The position numbers and the translations under genes were made by a program. From contig JAYODI010000120.1 of NCBI GenBank assembly GCA_038279365.1, positions 1 through 12,822 of the forward strand: a DNA stretch of 12,822 nucleotides, in the 5' to 3' direction. Within the stretch, counting starts at the first letter, position 1. The number at the start of each line of letters is the position of its first letter. Shown in pieces: positions 1 through 8,868 of this stretch. The notes beneath the pieces are model-generated. The model searched no databases and was not told the origin of the DNA. It was given only the letters and a program-made list of their open reading frames with translations. This DNA is from Candidatus Latescibacterota bacterium (lineage in GTDB: Bacteria; Latescibacterota; UBA2968).

Positions 1-1
1 C

Positions 2-907
2 TTACCCATCCACCCGCTCACCCAACGCACAAGAAGCAGGCGTGCCATCGGCCTCCACAAACGCCGCACCAAATTCTTCCTTGCTCACCTCATAGGTGCT
101 TTCACCTCGATATTGAAACTGCAAAGCTCGGCGTCTTCCAGCACTGCCATTGGGGGGTGTTTGGTGAGGCAACATCGCCGAAAAAAACATAGCACCACCC
201 GCCTTGAGTTCAATAGGCACCGCATCAGAATAATCCAATCGCCCAGGCACAATCTGGCAATCGATGGTATGGCAATGTTTAAACGCGCCTTTGACATGCA
301 TACCAGGCAAAACGTGCATACACCCATTTTCAATGGTCGCATCATCCAACGCAATCCACACCGTTGCCACCAATTCCAAAGGTAACCAATTAAAATACGC
401 ATTGTCCTGATGCCACGGTTTTTCAGACCCAATAAAAGGCGGTTTTGAAAGCGCCATCGTGCCCTTTAAAATTGCCTCTTCACCCAACACTTTTTCAATA
501 AACCCTTTTGTGCGATCATGGTTGACCAACGCTTGAAAAACAGGGTGCTGTTTTTCATACCCATGAACCTTTCGAAACTTGGCTTCGGCTTCCTCAATCG
601 TCAAATCCATAGGGTTCAAGCCCGGCTCATAATGGATACCAAATCCACCCCCCTCTAAGGCAAGCAAACTCATGCCCGAATAATTTTTTGTAGCATTCGG
701 GTTGGCTTCTCTTATTCTGGCTCGCCCAGCTTTGGCATCTTCAAACATCCGAGCATGCACCTCTGTCAATGCCGCTCTGGCCGCCATGACCTCTTCTTTT
801 GTCAATACATTCTCAAAGGCCAAATATCCATTGCGATGAAACTGAGCAACCAACGCTTCATCCAAATCATTGGGGCAATCCAAAATTGCTGATGTTGTTA
901 AAGCCAT
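2..907 (-). CDS. Phytanoyl-CoA dioxygenase (PhyH) family Fe(II)/2-oxoglutarate-dependent dioxygenase
   Basis: Motifs F..NGYL, PWHQD (HxD iron ligands), WIALDDATIENGCMHVLPGMH, distal His (HQTPPN) and RRAL. ATG at 907 is preceded by GGAG overlapping the end of cysS (ORF track uses TTG at 913). TAA at 2-4. Confidence 0.9.
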   Translation of the reverse strand: MALTTSAILDCPNDLDEALVAQFHRNGYLAFENVLTKEEVMAARAALTEVHARMFEDAKAGRARIREANPNATKNYSGMSLLALEGGGFGIHYEPGLNPMDLTIEEAEAKFRKVHGYEKQHPVFQALVNHDRTKGFIEKVLGEEAILKGTMALSKPPFIGSEKPWHQDNAYFNWLPLELVATVWIALDDATIENGCMHVLPGMHVKGAFKHCHTIDCQIVPGRLDYSDAVPIELKAGGAMFFSAMLPHQTPPNGSAGRRRALQFQYRGESTYEVSKEEFGAAFVEADGTPASCALGERVDG

Positions 908-919
908 AACCAATCTCCA

Positions 920-2419
920 TTAAGCCAATTTTTGTTGTGCCACAGTACCTTCAGGGGATGAACGTACTTCATATCCACGCGCCACCAACTCATCGCGCAA
1001 CCGATCTGCTGTGGCATAATCTTTTGCTTTACGTGCCTCATCAATTTGTTTGCACAAAATCGCCACATCGCCATCATCTGTCGATTTCTCTGCAGCATCC
1101 AAATTTGCAATGCCCAACACCGAATCCATTTTCAAAAACACACCCAAAGCCTCTTTGGGATCTGTTACTTCTTTGCCTATCCATGTATGCATCACTGCCA
1201 ATGCCGCGCTGATATTCATATCGGCTGCCAACGCGCTCAAAAAGTCGTTCACAACAGGGTGATCATTGCCCACATCAGATGCTTGTCCACTTGCCGCTTC
1301 AGAAATGCGCTGACCAAACTCTGTAAACCGACGCACCACATTGGCCGAATCTTGAATGCCTTTTTGTGTAAAATTGGTCTGCGTGCGATAATGTGTTTTA
1401 ATCAGCTCAAAACGCAAAACAGATGGATGCACAGGGCGGCCCGTCACACGTCCTTCGAGCACATCTCGCGCCGTATAAAAATTGCCCTTACTCTTCGACA
1501 TTTTTTCGCCATCGACCATCAAATATCGTGGGTGAATCCAATAGCGCGCAAACTGCGTATGTCCCGTTGCACAACAAGATTGCGCAATTTCACACTCATG
1601 GTGAGGAAAAATATTGTCTTCACCACCCGTATGAATATCAATCACCTCTTGCCCCAACACCTTCATCGACATAGCCGAACATTCAATATGCCACCCAGGA
1701 TAACCCGCCCCCCAAGGCGAATCCCATTTCATAATATGCGACGCATCGGGCTTCCACAAAAAGAAATCGGCCGGATGACGTTTAACAGCCTGATGCTCAG
1801 ACACCAAACGCCCACCCGACCCCTCAATCAAATTTTCCAATGTGTTGCCACTCAAACGTCCATATTCCGAAAACGATTGCACACTAAAATACACCACCCC
1901 ATCATCAGCCACATAGGCATGATCTTTTTCAATCAACTTTTGAATCAATTCTTTCATCGCATCCACATGCTGTGTGGCATGGGGCATATTGTTTGGATAA
2001 TCTTGCGCCACCTTCATGCCCAACGCACAGGCATCGGCTACAAACGCATTGGCATAATATTGTGCCACCTGATAAGGGTCATCGGGGTTATCAACCACAT
2101 CTAAGTGTAATTCTCCCGACTTTTTAGCCTCTTTCAACTTGCGTGCAGCCACCGCCATTTTGTCTTCACCTGTTGCATCGGCCACGTCGTCATCGGTCAT
2201 ATGACCCACATCTGTAATATTCATGACATGGTGCACATCATATCCCACACATTCCAAAAATCGACGCAACACATCTGAAAACAAAAACGTTTTAAAATTG
2301 CCAATATGCGCAAAATCATAAACCGTTGGTCCGCACGAATACATGGTTACTTTGTTGGGTGTCAACGGTTCAAATAATTCTTCGCGATTTGTCAACGTGT
2401 TATAAAATCGAATATCCAT
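920..2419 (-). CDS. cysS: Cysteine--tRNA ligase
   Basis: [62 protein letters not shown] and a C-terminal [17 protein letters not shown] anticodon-binding region. Confidence 0.97.
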   Translation of the reverse strand: MDIRFYNTLTNREELFEPLTPNKVTMYSCGPTVYDFAHIGNFKTFLFSDVLRRFLECVGYDVHHVMNITDVGHMTDDDVADATGEDKMAVAARKLKEAKKSGELHLDVVDNPDDPYQVAQYYANAFVADACALGMKVAQDYPNNMPHATQHVDAMKELIQKLIEKDHAYVADDGVVYFSVQSFSEYGRLSGNTLENLIEGSGGRLVSEHQAVKRHPADFFLWKPDASHIMKWDSPWGAGYPGWHIECSAMSMKVLGQEVIDIHTGGEDNIFPHHECEIAQSCCATGHTQFARYWIHPRYLMVDGEKMSKSKGNFYTARDVLEGRVTGRPVHPSVLRFELIKTHYRTQTNFTQKGIQDSANVVRRFTEFGQRISEAASGQASDVGNDHPVVNDFLSALAADMNISAALAVMHTWIGKEVTDPKEALGVFLKMDSVLGIANLDAAEKSTDDGDVAILCKQIDEARKAKDYATADRLRDELVARGYEVRSSPEGTVAQQKLA

Positions 2420-2451
2420 AACGCCTATTTAATTTTAGGTTAATGAAAATA

Positions 2452-2539
2452 AAACGCCAAACGTGAAACGGCAAATGTAAAACCTTTAAAATCTGTGAAA
2501 CGCCAAACGTGAAACGGCAAATGTAAAACCCTTAAAATC
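2452..2539 (+). repeat. Two near-identical 42-bp direct repeats (period 46), each built from heptamers
   Basis: 2452-2493 and 2498-2539: aaacgcc-aaacgtg-aaacggc-aaatgta-aaacc(t/c)t-taaaatc, one mismatch. Confidence 0.95.
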
Positions 2540-2573
2540 CAAAACGATCACGTAATCCAATCACCTGTTGATT

Positions 2574-2602
2574 CGTTTGCCGTTTGCCATTTGCCGTTTG
2601 CC
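2574..2602 (+). repeat. Four tandem heptamers C(G/A)TTTGC, inverted relative to the 2452-2539 array
   Basis: cgtttgc cgtttgc catttgc cgtttgc. catttgccgttt (2588-2599) is the exact reverse complement of aaacggcaaatg (2466-2477 and 2512-2523). Confidence 0.9.
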
Positions 2603-2610
2603 AATTTACT

Positions 2611-3867
2611 CTAATTCAAATCCGACGGCATAATATCTACCCCATCGGCCAAATCAATCTCAGGAAACGGATCTTCAAAGTCTGACCAATCCAAGGTCAT
2701 TTCCTCATCCGTTAACAAACACGCATTCAATTCTGCCACAATCATTTCTTCATCCAACTCCACACCAATAAACACAATCTCATTTTTGCGATCCCCCCAC
2801 ACCGGATCCCATGCCTCCCTAACCTCGGGATAAGCATCCAAGACTTCTTCGCGTTCGGCTTCTGGCAAATCGACCAACCAGTCCCCCCCATCTTCTATTT
2901 GAATAGAAGACCCTGCTTGCCCCATAATAATCACAAAATCATTGCGGGTGGCAAACCACAAAAACCCTTTTGAACGCACCAAACCCTCAGGCCAGCGCGT
3001 CCCTATCCAATCAAACAAACGCGCAGGATGGAAGGGGCGATATTGCCGATAGACAAAAGACGAAATACCATAGTCTTCCGTTTCATGAACATGATGATCA
3101 GGCAAATCATGTTCGTGGTCGTGTTCTGCCTCAAGCGCTTGAATCCAACCCGCAGAAGAAGCCACCTTGCCAAAATCAAACAAATGTGTATTCAAAATTT
3201 GAGATGGATCAATACGCCCTTGTTCGGCACGCACAAATATGGCTTCTGGTTGCAATTTGCGCAACATGGCTTCAAGCTGCCCCAAATCGGCATCGGGTAC
3301 CAAGTCGCACTTATTTAAAATCAACACATTGCAAAATTCAACCTGATCCACCAACAAATCCACCACCGTGCGATGATCACCCTCATCCACATTTTGCTTG
3401 CGCTCTAACAACGTTTCGCCAGAAACAAAATCTTGCCAAAACCGATGGGCATCCACCACCGTCACCATACAATCTAACCGACAAACCTCAGACAGTTTAT
3501 GGCTGATCACATCGTCCAACAGCGCAAAAGTTTGTGCCACAGGCATCGGTTCAGAGATACCCGTTGATTCAACCAAAATGTAATCAAAACGACCTTCTTG
3601 TGACAACCGCATAATCTCTTCTATCAGATCTTCACGCAAAGAACAACATACACACCCTGTTGTCAACTCAACTATTTTCTCTTCTGTGCGAGAAAGCGTG
3701 GTTCCTCGTTTAATCAACTCAGCGTCAATATTCACATCGCTCATATCATTAACAATCACAGCCACTTTCAACCCTGCGCGATTGTTCAAAACATGGTTTA
3801 ATACCGTTGTTTTACCCGCTCCCAAATACCCACTCAATACCGTTACCGGAATGCGCGAAGCACTCAT
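2611..3867 (-). CDS. COG0523/CobW-family P-loop GTPase, putative zinc metallochaperone (ZigA/YciC-like)
   Basis: Walker A GYLGAGKTT, VIVND, GCVCC (CxCC metal motif), ESTGISEP, NKCD, His-rich linker HDHEHDLPDHHVHE, CobW_C region (RPFHPARL, RSKG, WGDRKNEIVFIG). GGAG upstream of the ATG. Confidence 0.95.
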   Translation of the reverse strand: MSASRIPVTVLSGYLGAGKTTVLNHVLNNRAGLKVAVIVNDMSDVNIDAELIKRGTTLSRTEEKIVELTTGCVCCSLREDLIEEIMRLSQEGRFDYILVESTGISEPMPVAQTFALLDDVISHKLSEVCRLDCMVTVVDAHRFWQDFVSGETLLERKQNVDEGDHRTVVDLLVDQVEFCNVLILNKCDLVPDADLGQLEAMLRKLQPEAIFVRAEQGRIDPSQILNTHLFDFGKVASSAGWIQALEAEHDHEHDLPDHHVHETEDYGISSFVYRQYRPFHPARLFDWIGTRWPEGLVRSKGFLWFATRNDFVIIMGQAGSSIQIEDGGDWLVDLPEAEREEVLDAYPEVREAWDPVWGDRKNEIVFIGVELDEEMIVAELNACLLTDEEMTLDWSDFEDPFPEIDLADGVDIMPSDLN

Positions 3868-3888
3868 GATTCACTCTCCAAATCAAAA

Positions 3889-4653
3889 TCACTTACTTGA
3901 TACAACAACCGCATCACTTGCCAAATAGCGATTGTAAATGATAAAAACACCCACCACCACCAACCCCATGCTCACCCACTGATGCACCGTAAGCCCCCCT
4001 AAAACCTCAGGGGTGCGTCGAACAAATTCTACAGTAAATCGCGCAATGGCCATTAAAATCAAATACAACCCAAACAACATGCCCGGTTTGAGCCGATCGC
4101 GCAATGCCCACAAAATGCCAAAAATACACGCCATTTGCAACATTTCATAAATGGGTGTGGGATGCACATGGTCTAAGGTGGGTACTGCCCCATTGGGATA
4201 TGTTTTGCCCCAGGGCATATCGGTTAACACCCCATAACAACCATCACCCGAAAGCTCGCACCCTCCTCGTCCAAAAAAATACCCAACAACCAAACCCGGC
4301 GCAATGGCATCAATGGTGGCCCAATCCAAAGCATGGTGTCGTCGAATGGTCCACAAAACTGCCGCAGATCCACCCAAAAAACCACCATACCACGCCAAAC
4401 CATAACCCGAAAAAACAGTGCCCAACGGATCGGCCAAAAATGTGTGTGGATACTCCATTAAGTGAAAAGCTTTGCCACCAATCACCCCGCCAATCATGGC
4501 TGCAAAAACAATACGATCCGCCAAATTGGCGTCTAAGTTGCGATGCACCAATTCACGCCGTAAAATCCACAACCCACACAAAAATCCAATGGCCAGCATC
4601 ACCCCATAAGTGGCAATGCGAATGGGGCCAAATTCAAATAAAATAGGAGACAT
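3889..4653 (-). CDS. lgt: Prolipoprotein diacylglyceryl transferase
   Basis: Multiple hydrophobic segments with TYG, GLAWYGG, GRGGC, HPTPIYE and RFTVEFVR motifs. GGAG RBS. Ends in TGA followed by TTT TGA. Confidence 0.88.
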   Translation of the reverse strand: MSPILFEFGPIRIATYGVMLAIGFLCGLWILRRELVHRNLDANLADRIVFAAMIGGVIGGKAFHLMEYPHTFLADPLGTVFSGYGLAWYGGFLGGSAAVLWTIRRHHALDWATIDAIAPGLVVGYFFGRGGCELSGDGCYGVLTDMPWGKTYPNGAVPTLDHVHPTPIYEMLQMACIFGILWALRDRLKPGMLFGLYLILMAIARFTVEFVRRTPEVLGGLTVHQWVSMGLVVVGVFIIYNRYLASDAVVVSSK

Positions 4654-4789
4654 AAAATATCATTACTCCAAAAAATTAAGGCCTAATTCCAATATTTACA
4701 TGAAGATATAAAAAAGTCTAAAAATACCCTAAATCTTTTTATCCCACCGTATCTGATCAATCACAATACCCAGCACGTTGTGTTTTTCT

Positions 4790-4817
4790 TTGCCTTGTCA
4801 CCCAAATTCTCTATTTT
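4790..4817 (+). promoter_or_regulatory. Possible sigma70-type promoter for the UxuA-like gene
   Basis: TTGCCT-16 bp-TATTTT in the divergent intergenic region. Consensus match only. Confidence 0.25.
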
Positions 4818-4867
4818 GCACCCTCAACACCTCGTTTAGATCATACGCATCAGAAAGGACACAAGTC

Positions 4868-5854
4868 ATGCCCATTGCCGAACATGACCCCCAGAATATC
4901 AAAATTGGCCACCAAATTCGATGGGATGCCAGTGATAATGACCTTTTGTTTTACCAACAAATAGGGATGCGTTGGGTACAAATGAGTTGGGGCAGAGAAA
5001 CACCCAACCTCGACCATATGCGCCAACTTCAAGAACGCCTTTTAAAATACGACATTCAAATTTACAGTGGCCGACACGACGCCTATCACAGCCAAAAAAT
5101 ACAACTGGGTCAACCTGGTCGTGATGAAGACATCGAAACCTTCGCCATGTTCATTCGCTTTTTAGGTGAGCTCAATATCCCACTGTGTGTGTACGACTTT
5201 CACCCTGCCAACACCTATACCACCCACCGCGTGGAGCGCCGCGGCTATTCGGCTCGTGCTTTTGATCTGCACAAGTTTCGCACAGAAATAGAAAAAAACA
5301 AATTTGAGCGCGAATATCCCGTTGAAGAAATTTGGGAAAACTACACCTATTTCATCAACGCCATATTGCCCATCGCCGAACAAGCCAACGTCACCCTTGC
5401 CCTACACCCCGATGATCCCCCCGTTGCCGTGATGAATGGCGTGGGCAAAATCGTCACCCACTACGAAGGGTATCGCCGCGCCGAAGAGATTTCCAATGGC
5501 AGCAAAAATTGGGGCCTGCTCTTTTGTGTGGGCACCTGGTCCGAAGGCGGTGAACAAATGGGCAAAAATGTGCTCGAAATGATTGAAGACTTTGGTGGCA
5601 GAGGCAAAATTGCCGAAATCCATTTTCGCAATGTCAGTGCCACCATGCCCTATTTTGAAGAAACCTTTCCCGATGATGGCTATGTCGATATGAGCCAAGT
5701 GATGAACGCCTTGCGAAAAGTCAACTTCGACGGTCTCATCATCCCCGATCACATTCCCCAATTTGTCGAAGACAGCAACACCCGTGCGGGTTTGGCCTAT
5801 TGCATCTCCTACATGAGAGCCCTCCTTCGCCAAGCCAACAAAGAGGTGGGATAA
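4868..5854 (+). CDS. Mannonate dehydratase (UxuA) family protein
   Basis: IQLGQPGRDEDIE, YDF, WENYTYF, LALHPDDPP, FCVGT, IHFRNV, ETFPDDG and PDHIP motifs. ATG at 4868 has an AGAAAGGA RBS (preferred over TTG 4778). Substrate not certain. Confidence 0.88.
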   Translation: MPIAEHDPQNIKIGHQIRWDASDNDLLFYQQIGMRWVQMSWGRETPNLDHMRQLQERLLKYDIQIYSGRHDAYHSQKIQLGQPGRDEDIETFAMFIRFLGELNIPLCVYDFHPANTYTTHRVERRGYSARAFDLHKFRTEIEKNKFEREYPVEEIWENYTYFINAILPIAEQANVTLALHPDDPPVAVMNGVGKIVTHYEGYRRAEEISNGSKNWGLLFCVGTWSEGGEQMGKNVLEMIEDFGGRGKIAEIHFRNVSATMPYFEETFPDDGYVDMSQVMNALRKVNFDGLIIPDHIPQFVEDSNTRAGLAYCISYMRALLRQANKEVG

Positions 5855-5871
5855 AACGGCCACCATGCAGC

Positions 5872-5917
5872 AAATAAAAAAATTCACCCCTTGAGCAAAT
5901 TGCTCAGGGGGTGAATT
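5872..5917 (-). terminator. Intrinsic terminator between convergent genes
   Basis: Inverted repeat aattcaccccttgagcaa / ttgctcagggggtgaatt (5881-5917, one mismatch). The A-tract at 5872-5882 gives a U-tract on the minus strand. Confidence 0.8.
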
Positions 5918-5946
5918 AAGCATCAACTTCGCCATATCTTATGCAC

Positions 5947-7161
5947 CTAAACCTGAAATGGCACCAACCAATCTTCTTCAATCCCCAAATCAAAACCAGG
6001 CCCCTTGGGCTCAAATTCCAAATAACTGTCTCTTGGAATCAATGCCCCAGGTTGTGACACTTCTTCAAGGGGCACCCCAGGATCAGAGCCAATATAATAT
6101 TCACACCAAGGCATATTCGGCATCGCCCAGCACAAATGTTGCCCATAAGGATCACGCCCACCCCCGTGTAAACAAACCTCCAAACCCGCAGACGCCGCCA
6201 TATTGCAAATCTTCACACATGCTGTCATCCCACCCACCCACTGGATATCGGGTTGTATAATATCAATACACCGATTTTCAATCATCAACTGATACGGATA
6301 CGGTGTATAAAAATGTTCGCCACTGGCCAAGGCCATCCACGGCAAACGTTTCTTCAATTCAATATGCCCACCCACATCCTCAGGAATCAAACATTCCTCA
6401 ATCCATCGCAAACCATACGGGCGAATCCGATGCGCAAGACGCGTGGTATATTCCACATCAAATGCCATATAACAATCGAGCATCAATTCACTGTCATCAC
6501 CAATAATCTTACGGGCCTCCGCAATACGGGCCTCATTTTTTTTCAACCCCTCCAAACCATCTACCGGCCCATACTGACAAGGTAGCTTAAAACCTTTAAA
6601 ACCCAATTCTTTATACCAATCCACATCATCGCCCGTGGCATACACAAATAAACGATCCCTTACTGGCCCACCCAACAGTTCATAAACAGGTCTGTTCTGT
6701 AATTTACCAGCCAAATCCCAAAGGGCCAAATCAACGGCGCTGATCGCCAACGAAGCGATACCCGCTGTGCCAAACGGTTTGGACACCCGAAACATCATAT
6801 CCCAGAGCTTTTCAATGGCCAAACAATCTTCACCCTCAAGAATATGTGCAAACGCATCTTCCACCACCATCGCTGCAGGTCGCCCAGCCGACACACCAAG
6901 CCCCCACGTTCCATCTTCAGCGGTCACTTTCACCCCAAAGCGAGGCCATCGTTTGGCAGCATAAAGCTGGCGACGCGATTTAAAACGTGGAAACTTAGAC
7001 ATCGGGTTGGCCACTTCAATTTCGGTTGGCCAAGCCTTGCGATATCCTTTTGTCTTTGGCGCAAGTGCCGTTGACGATGCCATCGTTGTTCCCGAGCCCG
7101 ATGAAGCGTTTTGGGCACCCGGTCGTTCAATACTCACCACTTCAACAGATTTGATCTTCAT
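5947..7161 (-). CDS. Mandelate racemase/enolase-superfamily acid-sugar dehydratase, L-rhamnonate dehydratase-like
   Basis: ANPMSKFP, AISAVDLALWDL, LLGG, GFKL, metal ligands LMLDCYM / WIEE / SGEH, QPDIQWVGG, HG. Start chosen at ATG 7161 (MKIKSVEV). Confidence 0.85.
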   Translation of the reverse strand: MKIKSVEVVSIERPGAQNASSGSGTTMASSTALAPKTKGYRKAWPTEIEVANPMSKFPRFKSRRQLYAAKRWPRFGVKVTAEDGTWGLGVSAGRPAAMVVEDAFAHILEGEDCLAIEKLWDMMFRVSKPFGTAGIASLAISAVDLALWDLAGKLQNRPVYELLGGPVRDRLFVYATGDDVDWYKELGFKGFKLPCQYGPVDGLEGLKKNEARIAEARKIIGDDSELMLDCYMAFDVEYTTRLAHRIRPYGLRWIEECLIPEDVGGHIELKKRLPWMALASGEHFYTPYPYQLMIENRCIDIIQPDIQWVGGMTACVKICNMAASAGLEVCLHGGGRDPYGQHLCWAMPNMPWCEYYIGSDPGVPLEEVSQPGALIPRDSYLEFEPKGPGFDLGIEEDWLVPFQV

Positions 7162-7255
7162 AGTTCTTCCCAATTTGAATGTACGTTTTCATCTTATCCT
7201 GCCCAATACCCATTTATGCCTTCTATTCCAAACCAGACACATCTTCAATACCTTC

Positions 7256-8182
7256 TTATATCAACGCTCTGAGTTTTGTAATCAGCTCATTATCCAACAC
7301 TTCCAAACCAGCTCTGGCATTTGTCTTTGCTTGCTCTGGAGACTTCGCCCCCGGAATCACAACCGACACAGCAGGGTGTGAGATCACATATCGCAAAGCC
7401 ATTTGCACCATCTCCTCACCTGGTTTGGCAAATGCCTTCAATTGCTCCACCCGCTCAATATCTGCCTCAAATTTTGCCTGTGCTTTGGCATCTTCATGCC
7501 AAGCGGTGCGAATGCTGTCGGTAAACTTTGTCGTTTTGTCATATCGCCCCGACAACAACCCCTTGGCCAATGGTCCACGCACCATTACACCAATATTGTT
7601 CTCCAAACAATAGGGCAAAAACTCGGCCTCAGCCTTCCGATTCATCAACGAATAATCCACCTGCACCACACTACAGTTTCCCATTTCATGAAACCGTTTC
7701 AAAACATCCAAATTATTGGTCGAAATACCATATGCCCGAATCCGACCCTCTTTGATCAAAATCTCAAAACCCTCAATATAAACCGAAGGATCTTCAATCT
7801 CACCTTCGTGGCACAACATCACATCTATCCAATCTGTTTTCAAACGATGCAGAGATGCATGTACACACACCCGAATGGTATCGGGATAATCACGTGGAAT
7901 CAATCGGCCAATACGACGTCCCCAATTACCCGTTTTGCTCACCACCGTCACCCGATGCCGAATCCCTGCCAGTGCCATCCCAAGCCGTTCTTCTGAAGTA
8001 CCTCCCGGAATACCATAATTTTCAGCCGTATCAAAAAGCGTGACCCCATGATCAAAAGCGCTCCGTATCGTCGCAAATGCCGTTGCGTCATCCGTATCGC
8101 CCCACTGATTCCCAATATTCCAAGTGCCCAACCCCACAGCAGAAATATCAACACCTGTTTTTCCAAATATTCGATGAAGCAT
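7256..8182 (-). CDS. Aldo/keto reductase
   Basis: GLGTW, DTAENYG (Asp/Tyr), SK, SLHRLKTDWID, catalytic His, GRIRAYGIS, PLAKGLL, VIPGAK. GGAGG RBS. Confidence 0.93.
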   Translation of the reverse strand: MLHRIFGKTGVDISAVGLGTWNIGNQWGDTDDATAFATIRSAFDHGVTLFDTAENYGIPGGTSEERLGMALAGIRHRVTVVSKTGNWGRRIGRLIPRDYPDTIRVCVHASLHRLKTDWIDVMLCHEGEIEDPSVYIEGFEILIKEGRIRAYGISTNNLDVLKRFHEMGNCSVVQVDYSLMNRKAEAEFLPYCLENNIGVMVRGPLAKGLLSGRYDKTTKFTDSIRTAWHEDAKAQAKFEADIERVEQLKAFAKPGEEMVQMALRYVISHPAVSVVIPGAKSPEQAKTNARAGLEVLDNELITKLRALI

Positions 8183-8192
8183 GTGTTACCTC

Positions 8193-8666
8193 CTATTGGT
8201 GTAAACCATTACGCACCCATTTTAAAATCAAATCACCATTGTGTTGAAATATTTCAGCTCTGAGATCCTTAATAGAAAACCAATTCGGCTCAGAAGCTTC
8301 ATCATCCACAATCTCTTCATCAGGTGCAAGATCAAACGACAAAGGTTTGCATCGATAAAAAAAGCACAACCCATGAAAAGCCAAATCTTCGGGATCGTAA
8401 TAAAAAAAGTTCTCAGAAAATTCGAGAAAGCTTCCTACAGCAATAGAAATACCCGTCTCTTCTTGCACTTCGCGTTTCAATGCATCTGCCATCATCTCAC
8501 CAACATCAACCCCACCCCCCGGCAATGTATACTTTCCCGTATTCCGATTCTTCACTACCAATAAATGCCCCATATTTTCAATCACGCCATACACCGATGG
8601 TCGAAATGACAACTGTTCCTTGGAAATTTTCTTAACAGCACCATAAAATGTCACACATTCTATCAT
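8193..8666 (-). CDS. NUDIX hydrolase
   Basis: Complete Nudix box GGVDVGEMMADALKREVQEETG. Ends 10 nt before the AKR start. Confidence 0.92.
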   Translation of the reverse strand: MIECVTFYGAVKKISKEQLSFRPSVYGVIENMGHLLVVKNRNTGKYTLPGGGVDVGEMMADALKREVQEETGISIAVGSFLEFSENFFYYDPEDLAFHGLCFFYRCKPLSFDLAPDEEIVDDEASEPNWFSIKDLRAEIFQHNGDLILKWVRNGLHQ

Positions 8667-8868
8667 AAAAAAATCCTAAGTTTTGTTTATTTTAATACCG
8701 GTATCCATATTGTGTAGCAATATACACCCTTATCCCAATTTTCCAAGTCTCACCAACACCCTATTTCCCACTTGGCATTCCATCTATTATCTGTTTTATT
8801 TCACCTCAACGCAAACATCCCTGACATAAAAATAAACGAATGGATCAAACTTGTATTCAAGACCCGAT

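Noticed and set aside
1046-2104. 352-aa + strand ORF
   Set aside because: Antisense shadow of cysS with no recognisable motifs. The same applies to the other overlapping ORFs, e.g. 2970-3506, 4104-4646, 5402-5935, 7403-7996, 10981-11487 and 11761-12261.
2452-2539. Direct repeats as a CRISPR array
   Set aside because: Only two copies separated by 4 bp, with no spacers and no cas genes. The repeats have internal heptamer periodicity.
2420-2610. T-box riboswitch upstream of cysS
   Set aside because: No T-box consensus (GGTGG-ACCGCG-like) on the minus strand. The region is occupied by the heptamer repeats.
3889-3891. Readthrough of the lgt TGA stop
   Set aside because: A second in-frame TGA follows one codon later, the protein is already full length, and no SECIS-like hairpin is evident.
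4380-4400. Lgt has WYGG rather than the E. coli-type HGG motif
   Set aside because: YGG variants are common among Lgt homologs, so this is not evidence of inactivation or novelty.
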